Part shown: piece after piece, positions 50,410-57,573 of the stretch | Position numbering within the stretch: the stretch's first letter is position 1 | Layout: the number at the start of each line of letters is the position of its first letter | From: an uncultured bacterium | GTDB taxonomy: Bacteria; Verrucomicrobiota; Kiritimatiellia; RFP12; UBA3636 | Assembly (NCBI GenBank): GCA_902761575.1 | Contig: CACWKU010000001.1 | Span: forward strand, 22,435-86,434 | Length of the DNA: 64,000 nucleotides | Direction: 5' to 3' | The notes under the pieces: generated by a model | What the model saw: only the letters and a program-made list of their open reading frames with translations | Databases searched by the model: none | What the model was told of the DNA's origin: nothing | Program-made: the position numbers and the translations under genes

Positions 50410-53025
50410 CTAGTTCTTCGCGGGCGTGCCGGCGCCGGCGCCGGCCTTGAACTCCATCCTGCTCAGGCGCTGGAGCTGAAGGACGGTGAAGCCGATCAGC
50501 ATGGAGCCGAGCACCCAGGCCATCGCCGTGGCGGGACCGAAGCGCAGGTAGCCGAACGCCTCCCAGAAGATGTGCAGCCCGACGACCTCCGTCGCGCCGT
50601 ACGGCGTGTAGGGGCCGCCGCCCGTCATCGCGAGCACGAACTCGCCGCCGCTCTTCATCGCGCCGATCGCGGCGCCGACGAAGTTGATCAGGATCAGCGA
50701 CCGGATGCCCGGCAGCGCCACGTGGCGGATCTTGCCGAAGAGGCCCGAGCCCTCGAGCTCGGCCGCCTCGTAGAGGTCGTCCGGGACGGTCTTGAGGGCC
50801 GCGAGGTACACGAGGCAGCCCGGCCCCATGCCGGCCCAGATCGTCGGCAGGAGGCACAGCAGGAGCGCCGCCTTCGGCTCGGAGAGCCAGGCCTTCGCGA
50901 GGTCCGGATAGGAGGTGCCGAACACGTAGTTCACGGCGTGGACGCAGCCGTTGATCATCTGGTTGAGGGCGCCGTAGGGACCGTAGAAGCCCTTCCAGAG
51001 GAAGATCACGACAACGCCCGAGAGCACGGCGGGGAGGTAGTAGATCGTGCGGTAGAGGATCTTGCCGCGCGGCACCTCGGAGAGGAGCAGGGCGAGGACG
51101 ATCGGCGCGACGAACCCGAGCCCGAGGTAGAGCGCGGCGTATTCCGCGGAGACGAGCATCGCGTGCCAGAACTCGCCGCTGAAGAGGACGTTGGCGAAGT
51201 TGTCGAGCCCGACCCACTGCGAGTAGCCGCGGACGTTGTAGTCCTGGAACGCCATCGCCGTGCCGCGCGCGAGCGGCCAGTAGGACCAGACCGCGAGCGA
51301 GAGCAGCGCGGGGAGCAGCAGCAGGTAGGCGGCGCCGCGCCCGGAGTCGTTGCGGCGCGAGCCGCCCGCCGGGTCGCGCGGGACCGCGGCGGCGAAGGTG
51401 CGCATCACGCGGCGGAAGACGAAGAAGAACGCGAGCGCCATGCCGACGACGACGACCGCCGCGACGCGGCGGCGGAAGCGCATCTTCTCCGGCGGCACGC
51501 GCCCGATCATCTTCTCGTCGGCGAGCGCGACGCGCTCGCGCAGGATCGCGCCGATGCGCTCGCGCGCGGCGGGGACGTCGCCGCGGCGGATGGCGTCGCG
51601 CACGGCGCCGTCGTTGCGCGCCTGGTCGATGGCGCGGGACATGTAGGTGTAGACGAGCTGGCAGTTGCGGCCGTAGGGCTCGGGGACGCCGTTCTCGCGC
51701 GCGACGGCGGCGGCCTCGTCCCAGCCCTCGGGGCAGGCGAAGGCCTCCGGGTCGAAGCCCGCCTCGCGCAGCGCGGAGGGCGGGACGAAGCGGCCGAGGC
51801 CGTTCTCGACGTAGGTGCGCGTCCGGATCTTGCGCGCCTCGCGCCCGCCCATGAACCACGCCCACTCCCACGCGAGCTCCGGCACGCGCGGGTCGCGGTC
51901 GCCGCTGCCGGCGTAGACGCCGAGCATGCCGCAGTTGTACTCGCTGCCGCGGCGGCCGGACGGGCCGCGGGGCACCGGGCCGAAGCCGATCAGGTTCGGG
52001 TCGATCTGCTGGAAGGTGTCCTGGTCGAGGTAGGAGAACCACATCGCGGAGCGCTGGCCGGGCGTGAAGGCCTCGCCCGTGTCGACGCACGTCGGGAGCG
52101 TGCCGCAGGCGTTGGTGAAGGGCTCCAGGTAGAGGCGGCAGACGAACGCGTAGGCGTCCGCCGCCTCGGGCGAGTCGAACGCGCAGCGCCAGGCGCCGTC
52201 CGCGTCGCGCTTCACGGCTCGGCCGCCCCACGAGTAGAGGAACGAGAGCGTGCTCCAGCCCGTCTCGCCGGTCGGGAGCGAGAGGCCCCAGGTCTTGTCC
52301 GCCGGGTTCGTGACGCGGCGCGCCCAGTCGAGGAGCTCGTCCGCCGTCTCCGGCACGCGGTCCGGGAGCCCCGCCTCCGAGAAGACGTCGCGCCGGTAGA
52401 AGAGCGCCATCACGAGCTGCTTGTGCGGGACGGCGAAGGTGTGGAAGTGCTCCGCGCACGGCTCGCGGCCCCATTCGCGCAGGTAGGGGCAGTCCTCGCC
52501 CCACGGGCACTCGCGGCGGATGACGTCCCACAGCACGGGCGGGAGGCGGTCGCGCAGCTCCTCCTCGAAGCGCGGGCCGGTCCGGAGCAGGTCGAGATAC
52601 TCCGGGTTGGGGAGCCGGTGCGCCTCGCGCGTCGCCTCCGGCGAGAGGCCGTCCTCCCGCTCGAGCCAGGCGTCGAGCGGCATCAGGAAGCGGTTGCGGA
52701 CGTAGGTGTCGGACTGGCGGAAGTTCACGTACATCGCGTCCGGCGCGACGTCGCCCGCAATCTGCATGAGCGGGGTCGTGTCCATCGCGCGACCGCCGGG
52801 CAGGACGAGCCCGCCGGAGGACTCGAGCCGCGCCTCGGGGTGCAGCGCGCGGAAGGCGTCCGCGACGCGGACGGAGCATTCGCCCTCGACGCCCTGCGGC
52901 TCGCCGCTGGGGACGCCCCACGAGCGCACGACGGGCGGGCCGTCCTCCGCCGCCGCGAACGCGGCGCACGCGAGGAGGACGGCGATCGCCGGCAGGCGAC
53001 GGAAGGGACGGATCGTTGCGTTCAT
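50410..53025 (-). CDS. Fusion of a sugar-type ABC extracellular solute-binding protein and a MalF-like ABC permease in one 871-aa polypeptide
   Basis: Track ORF 50410..53115 trimmed to the ATG at 53025 (MNATIRPFRRLPAIAVLLACAAFAAA signal peptide). The N-terminal ~530 aa are SBP-like. A TM segment follows (RVAAVVVVGMALAFFFVF), then a permease core with an EAA loop (DLYEAAELEGSGLFGKIRHVALPGIR). Confidence 0.85.
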   Translation of the reverse strand: MNATIRPFRRLPAIAVLLACAAFAAAEDGPPVVRSWGVPSGEPQGVEGECSVRVADAFRALHPEARLESSGGLVLPGGRAMDTTPLMQIAGDVAPDAMYVNFRQSDTYVRNRFLMPLDAWLEREDGLSPEATREAHRLPNPEYLDLLRTGPRFEEELRDRLPPVLWDVIRRECPWGEDCPYLREWGREPCAEHFHTFAVPHKQLVMALFYRRDVFSEAGLPDRVPETADELLDWARRVTNPADKTWGLSLPTGETGWSTLSFLYSWGGRAVKRDADGAWRCAFDSPEAADAYAFVCRLYLEPFTNACGTLPTCVDTGEAFTPGQRSAMWFSYLDQDTFQQIDPNLIGFGPVPRGPSGRRGSEYNCGMLGVYAGSGDRDPRVPELAWEWAWFMGGREARKIRTRTYVENGLGRFVPPSALREAGFDPEAFACPEGWDEAAAVARENGVPEPYGRNCQLVYTYMSRAIDQARNDGAVRDAIRRGDVPAARERIGAILRERVALADEKMIGRVPPEKMRFRRRVAAVVVVGMALAFFFVFRRVMRTFAAAVPRDPAGGSRRNDSGRGAAYLLLLPALLSLAVWSYWPLARGTAMAFQDYNVRGYSQWVGLDNFANVLFSGEFWHAMLVSAEYAALYLGLGFVAPIVLALLLSEVPRGKILYRTIYYLPAVLSGVVVIFLWKGFYGPYGALNQMINGCVHAVNYVFGTSYPDLAKAWLSEPKAALLLCLLPTIWAGMGPGCLVYLAALKTVPDDLYEAAELEGSGLFGKIRHVALPGIRSLILINFVGAAIGAMKSGGEFVLAMTGGGPYTPYGATEVVGLHIFWEAFGYLRFGPATAMAWVLGSMLIGFTVLQLQRLSRMEFKAGAGAGTPAKN

Positions 53026-53105
53026 CGAAAGGGGTTCCAAGGGTTGTGTCGCGGTCCCGCGGCCGGCCCGGATCCGATCGCCCCGACCCGCCGAAGACGG
53101 AACCG

Positions 53106-53161
53106 ATGCTATCACCTCGCGCGCGTTGCGGGTAGGGACGGACCGCCCAAAAAGCGGTAAA
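53106..53161 (-). promoter_or_regulatory. Tripartite upstream cassette copy 10 (putative promoter of the SBP-permease fusion gene)
   Basis: TTTACC (53161-53156), N18, CCCTAC (53137-53132), N20, TAGCAT (53111-53106). Confidence 0.55.
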
Positions 53162-53231
53162 TCCGAGCAATGCCCGCCATTCTACCACAACTCCCCCGTC
53201 CCGCGCCAACCCGCCCCTGCGGCGGCGTGGC

Positions 53232-54626
53232 TCAGGCGAAGTGCGAGAGCGGCGCCTTGCCGATGGCGCGGACGTGGAACCCGAGCTCGAAGAGCTCGCG
53301 GCGGTCGAGGCAGTTGCGGCCGTCGAAGACGAAGGCCGGCTTGCGCATCCTCGCGAAGATCCGCGCCCAGTCGAGCTCCGGGAACTGGCGCCAGTCCGTG
53401 AGGACCGCGACGGCGTCCGCGCCCTCGACGGCCGTGTAGGGATCCTCCTCGAACGAGACGAGGTCGCCGTGGCGCGCGAGCTCCTTCCGCGCGTTCGGGA
53501 GCGCGTAGGGGTCGCACACGACGAGCTGCGCGCGCTCCTCGGCGAGCAGGTCCGCGACGACCTTCGCGGGCGTCTCGCGCGTGTCGGACGTGTCCGCCTT
53601 GAACGCGTAGCCGAGGATCGCGATGCGCTTGCCCGCGACGGTGTTGAACATCGCGTGGACCATCTCGGCGACGAAGCGCGTCTCCTGGTGCTCGTTCATC
53701 TCGACGACGGAGTTCCAGTAGGCCGCGGCCTCCGTCAGGCCCCGCTGCTCGCAGAGGTAGACGAGGTTGAGGATGTCCTTCTTGAAGCACGAGCCGCCGA
53801 AGCCCACGCCGGCGCGGAGGAACTTCGGCCCGATGCGCGAGTCGCGGCCGATGGCGCGCGCGACCTCGTCGACGTCGGCGCCCGTCTTCTCGCACAGCTC
53901 CGTGAGCGCGTTCACGCTCGAGATGCGCTGGGCGAGGAAGGCGTTGGCGGCGAGCTTCGAGAGCTCGGAGGACCAGACGTTGGTGGTGAGGATGCGGTCG
54001 CGCGGCACCCACTCGGCGTAGATGTCGACGACCGCCTCGCGCGCGGCGGCGCCGGTCGGGGTCTCGTCGGAGCCGACGAGCACGCGGTCGGGCTTCTCGA
54101 GGTCGGCGATCGCGGTGCCCTCGGCGAGGAACTCGGGGTTGGAGAGCACCTCGAAGCGGTGCGCGCCGCCGGACTCGAGCACGCGCTTCATCGCCGTCGC
54201 GGTGCGGACGGGGAGCGTGCTCTTCTCGACCACGATCAGGTCGTGCGTCGCGCACTCGCGGATCTCGTGCGCGGTCTTCTCCCAGTACTGCAGGTCGGCC
54301 GCGCGCCCGGCGCCCTGGCCGAAGGTCTTGGTGGGCGTGTTGACCGCGACGAACACGACGTCCGCCTCCGCGATCGCGGCGGGGATGTCGGTCGAGAAGA
54401 AGAGGTTGCGCCCGAGCGTCTCCGCGACGACCTCCTTGAGGCCGGGCTCGTAGAACGGGAGCGCGTCGGACTGCCACGCGGCGATGCGCTTCGCGTCGAT
54501 GTCGACGACCGTGACCTTGCGGTCCGGGCACTTTTTGGCGATCATCGCCATCGTGGGGCCGCCGACGTAGCCGGCGCCGATGCACAGGATGTTCGTGAGC
54601 TTTTTCGGGGTCTTGACGGTCTTCAT
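53232..54626 (-). CDS. ugd: UDP-glucose 6-dehydrogenase (464 aa)
   Basis: C-terminal part of track ORF 53232..55364, trimmed to the ATG at 54626 (MKTVKTPKKLTNILCIGAGYVGGPT, Rossmann fold). Catalytic-Cys block GFGGSCFKKD. Overall similarity to long (eukaryote-like) UGDH. Confidence 0.95.
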   Translation of the reverse strand: MKTVKTPKKLTNILCIGAGYVGGPTMAMIAKKCPDRKVTVVDIDAKRIAAWQSDALPFYEPGLKEVVAETLGRNLFFSTDIPAAIAEADVVFVAVNTPTKTFGQGAGRAADLQYWEKTAHEIRECATHDLIVVEKSTLPVRTATAMKRVLESGGAHRFEVLSNPEFLAEGTAIADLEKPDRVLVGSDETPTGAAAREAVVDIYAEWVPRDRILTTNVWSSELSKLAANAFLAQRISSVNALTELCEKTGADVDEVARAIGRDSRIGPKFLRAGVGFGGSCFKKDILNLVYLCEQRGLTEAAAYWNSVVEMNEHQETRFVAEMVHAMFNTVAGKRIAILGYAFKADTSDTRETPAKVVADLLAEERAQLVVCDPYALPNARKELARHGDLVSFEEDPYTAVEGADAVAVLTDWRQFPELDWARIFARMRKPAFVFDGRNCLDRRELFELGFHVRAIGKAPLSHFA

Positions 54627-54706
54627 GGTCTGGATGGTCTGGATGGTCGGGATGGTCGGGATGGTCAGAGGGTCAGAGGGTCGGGATGGTCCTGATGGTC
54701 GGGAGG
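54627..54706 (-). repeat. Tandem 8-9-nt GACCATCS-type repeats filling the whole fcl-ugd intergenic region and abutting the ugd ATG
   Basis: Sense strand: TGA cctcc CGACCATCA GGACCATCC CGACCCTCT GACCCTCT GACCATCC CGACCATCC CGACCATCC AGACCATCC AGACC ATG. Confidence 0.9.
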
Positions 54707-55648
54707 TCACCGCTCCACGCGCATCGGGTTCTCGAGGAAGTCCCTGTAGGCGAGCTTGAGGCCGTCCTCGAGGGAGGTCTTCGGCCTCCAGCCGAGGGCG
54801 ATGGAGCGGGAGAGGTCGAGCAGCTTGCGCGGCGTGCCGTTCGGGCGGGTGCGGTCCCAGCGGATCTCGCCCTCGTAGCCGACGGTGCGCGCGACGAGCT
54901 CGGAGAGCGCCTTGATCGTGATCTCGCGCCCGGAGCCGGCGTTGATCGGGTCGTCGCCGTGGTAGCGCTCCATCACGAGGAGGCAGAGGTCGGCCAGGTC
55001 GTCCACGTAGAGGAACTCGCGAAGCGGCGAGCCGTCGCCCCAGCAGGTCACGAAGGGCGCCTTCGCCTCCTTCGCCTCGTGGAAGCGGCGGATCAGCGCG
55101 GGCAGGACGTGGCTGTGCTCCGGGTGGTAGTTGTCGTTCGGGCCGTAGAGGTTCGTCGGCATCACGGAGACGTAGTCCGCGCCGTGCTGGCGGTTGAGGT
55201 AGGCGCAGTACTTGAGGCCCGCGATCTTCGCGAGCGCGTAGCCCTCGTTCGTCGGCTCGAGCGCGCTCGTGAGCAGGCAGGACTCCGGCATCGGCTGCGG
55301 CGCGAACTTCGGGTAGATGCACGACGAACCGAGGAAGAGGAGCTTCCGGCAGCCGTTCCTCCACGCGGCGTGGATCGCGTTCATCTCCAGCATCGCGTTG
55401 TCGTAGAGGAAGTCCGCCGGCGCGGCGGCGTTCGCCGCGATGCCGCCGACCTTCGACGCGGCGAGGAAGACGTAGTCCGGCCTCTCCTCCGCGAAGAAGG
55501 CGTCCGTGGCGCGCTGGTCGCGCAGGTCGAGCTCCGCGTGCGAGCGGACGACGATGTTCTCGAAGCCGCGGCGCTTCAGCGCGCGGATGATGGCGGAGCC
55601 GACCATCCCGCGATGGCCTGCGACGTAGATCTTGGCGTTTGGTTCCAT
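54707..55648 (-). CDS. fcl: GDP-L-fucose synthase (GDP-4-keto-6-deoxymannose 3,5-epimerase/4-reductase, 313 aa)
   Basis: Track ORF. Motifs [30 protein letters not shown] (Y-x-x-x-K), [11 protein letters not shown]. Confidence 0.95.
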   Translation of the reverse strand: MEPNAKIYVAGHRGMVGSAIIRALKRRGFENIVVRSHAELDLRDQRATDAFFAEERPDYVFLAASKVGGIAANAAAPADFLYDNAMLEMNAIHAAWRNGCRKLLFLGSSCIYPKFAPQPMPESCLLTSALEPTNEGYALAKIAGLKYCAYLNRQHGADYVSVMPTNLYGPNDNYHPEHSHVLPALIRRFHEAKEAKAPFVTCWGDGSPLREFLYVDDLADLCLLVMERYHGDDPINAGSGREITIKALSELVARTVGYEGEIRWDRTRPNGTPRKLLDLSRSIALGWRPKTSLEDGLKLAYRDFLENPMRVER

Positions 55649-55688
55649 GGTCTGGATGGTCCGATGGTCCGGATGGTCCGATGGTCAG
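55649..55688 (-). repeat. Tandem GACCATCS repeats abutting the fcl ATG
   Basis: Sense strand: CT GACCATCG GACCATCCG GACCATCG GACCATCCA GACC ATG (a 17-nt unit, twice). Confidence 0.9.
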
Positions 55689-55824
55689 AAGTGGCGCGCG
55701 GCATCATGAATTCGACATGGCGCGTTGCGATGGGCGCGGAGTCTAGCAGAGGGGTCGGCGGGAACGGAAGGGACGGAGTTGACCGTTTCTAGCACGATTT
55801 TGACTTGCTTTCCGGGCGGGCCGA

Positions 55825-55833
55825 TGATAGCAT
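55825..55833 (+). promoter_or_regulatory. Extended -10 element (TGaTAGCAT) 6 nt upstream of the AraC-regulator ATG (leaderless-type)
   Basis: TGATAGCAT at 55825-55833. TTGACT at 55800-55805 is 22 nt upstream of TAGCAT (17 nt from an alternative GATGAT). Confidence 0.3.
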
Positions 55834-55839
55834 GGACCC

Positions 55840-56691
55840 ATGAAACGTGCGCAGAACGAGGAGTCCGCCCCCCGGCGGCGGCTCTGCACACCGGACGGTT
55901 TTGCACGGTCGTCTCTCCTCCACGTGCAGGAGATCGGCGAGCTTGCTCCGTCACGTCCGATGACGAGCCGGCGCGCGGGATTCCCGTCGCTTCTCTTCCT
56001 GCTCGCCGAGTGGGGCGAAGGCGTGGTCCGCGAGGGCGCCGAGGAGCGTCCGCTGCGCGCCGGGGAGTGCGCGCTGCTGGACTGCCGCCGCGGGTGCGGA
56101 CACGCGACGGGCGAGCCGCCGTGGCGGCTCAAGTGGATCCACTTCGACGGACCCGGCGCGGCGGCGTTCGGCGAGAGATGGCGTGAGCGCGCCGGCGGAC
56201 CGGTCCTGCGCGCGACGTCGCCGGAGCGCTACCGGCGCGCGTGGGAGGAGGTCTGGGCCGCGGTCTCGTCGGAGGACGACCCGATCCGCGACCTCCGCGC
56301 GAACGAGGGGCTCGCCTCGCTCTGCACGCTGCTGATGCAGGACGCTCTCGGGACGGAGCCCGACCGGCGCGCGGAGCGCCTCGCGGCGGTGCGCTCCTGG
56401 ATCGATGCGCACTGCGCGGAGGAGGTCGCGCTCGACCGTCTCGCGGCGGTGGCGCACCTCAACAAGTACACGCTCGTGCGCGAGTTCCGCGCGCGGTACG
56501 GCGTGCCGCCGATGCGCGCCCTGGCGCAGGCTCGCGTCTCGAGGGCCAAGCGCCTGCTCCGCTTCACGGACGACACCGTCGAGACGATCGGCGCGGCGGT
56601 CGGAGTCCCCGACCCGAACTACTTCGCGCGCCTCTTCCGCCGCGTCGAGGGCCTCTCGCCGCGCGCCTTCCGCGAACGCTGGCGGGAATGA
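55840..56691 (+). CDS. AraC-family transcriptional regulator (283 aa)
   Basis: Track ORF. N-terminal cupin-like sensor. C-terminal double HTH (..LNKYTLVREFRARYGVPPMRALAQARVSRAKRLL..IGAAVGVPDPNYFARLFRRVEGLSPRAFR). Confidence 0.85.
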   Translation: MKRAQNEESAPRRRLCTPDGFARSSLLHVQEIGELAPSRPMTSRRAGFPSLLFLLAEWGEGVVREGAEERPLRAGECALLDCRRGCGHATGEPPWRLKWIHFDGPGAAAFGERWRERAGGPVLRATSPERYRRAWEEVWAAVSSEDDPIRDLRANEGLASLCTLLMQDALGTEPDRRAERLAAVRSWIDAHCAEEVALDRLAAVAHLNKYTLVREFRARYGVPPMRALAQARVSRAKRLLRFTDDTVETIGAAVGVPDPNYFARLFRRVEGLSPRAFRERWRE

Positions 56692-56713
56692 CGCCCGCCC
56701 TTCCCCTGGTAGA

Positions 56714-57556
56714 ATGACGGACTTAGTTCCCAGACTCTCCTTCTCGACCCTCGGCTGCCCCGGATGGGACGCTTCGCGCATCGTCGAGACCGCCGTCGCC
56801 TCCGGCTACGGCGCCATCGACTTCCGAGGCTATCTCGACGACGTCGAGCTTCCCGAAAGCCCTGCCTTCCGCTCCGGCGCGCTCCGGGAGCTCGCCGCGC
56901 GCGTCCGCGACGCAGGTCTCGCGGTCTCGTGCCTCGGCAGCGGCGCGAAGATGACTGCCCCCGACGCCGCCGCCCGCGCGCGAGAGCTCGACACGATGCG
57001 CCGCTACGCCGACCTGTGCGCACCGCTCGGGTGCCGGCAGGTCCGCATCTTCGGCGGAGCGGCGGAGGAGATCGCGGACCCCGTCCAGAACGCGGCCGAA
57101 ACGCTCGTCGCGGCATCGGAGATCGCGCGGAACGCGGGGATCGAGTTCGCCGTCGAGACCCACGACTCCTGGACCGATACGGGGAAGCTGCGCGCGGCGT
57201 TCGACGCCGCGGGCCGTCCGGACGGCATCACGCTGCTCTGGGACGTCCACCATCCGTGGGCGGCGAAGGGCGAAGCGCCGGAGGTCTCGGCGCGGAATCT
57301 CGCGCCGTTCATCGGCAACACGCACTGGAAGGACTCCCGCCCGATGCCCGGCGGAAAGCGTCGGCTCTGCCTGCCGGGCGAGGGAGACGCGCCCCTGGGC
57401 TCGATCCTCGAAGCGCTCTCCTCCACCGGATACGACGGCTGGCTCACGTTCGAATGGGAGAAGCGCTGGCACCCCGAGATCGAGGAGCCCGAAGTCGCAA
57501 TCCCCGCGTTCGCGCGCTTCATGCGAGGCCTCTTCGCAAAGGCACTCGAGCCGTAG
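56714..57556 (+). CDS. Xylose-isomerase-like TIM-barrel protein (sugar phosphate isomerase/epimerase family, 280 aa)
   Basis: C-terminal part of track ORF 56405..57556, trimmed to the ATG at 56714 (MTDLVPRLSFSTLGCPGW..). This is the only in-frame start after the araC stop, 22 nt upstream. The family style ..IDFRG.., ..VRIFGG.., ..FAVETHD.., ..LTFEWE.. is present. Confidence 0.85.
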   Translation: MTDLVPRLSFSTLGCPGWDASRIVETAVASGYGAIDFRGYLDDVELPESPAFRSGALRELAARVRDAGLAVSCLGSGAKMTAPDAAARARELDTMRRYADLCAPLGCRQVRIFGGAAEEIADPVQNAAETLVAASEIARNAGIEFAVETHDSWTDTGKLRAAFDAAGRPDGITLLWDVHHPWAAKGEAPEVSARNLAPFIGNTHWKDSRPMPGGKRRLCLPGEGDAPLGSILEALSSTGYDGWLTFEWEKRWHPEIEEPEVAIPAFARFMRGLFAKALEP

Positions 57557-57573
57557 GGGCGCGCCGGAGTCCG

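Noticed and set aside
54627-54706. GACCATCS repeats as coding sequence (they read ..TIPTIPTIQTIQT-M in frame with ugd)
   Set aside because: There is no upstream start codon in a credible context. The equivalent repeat before galE is out of frame (37 nt between the stop and the ATG). The fcl stop immediately precedes the ugd repeat tract.
56710-56715. TAGAAT boxes at 56710-56715 (overlapping the isomerase ATG) and 53179-53184 (17 nt upstream of cassette copy 10), considered as additional promoters
   Set aside because: No in-frame start codon follows 56715 closely, so the ATG at 56714 must be used. The 53179 box has no matching upstream elements. Both were treated as chance occurrences of a locally common hexamer.
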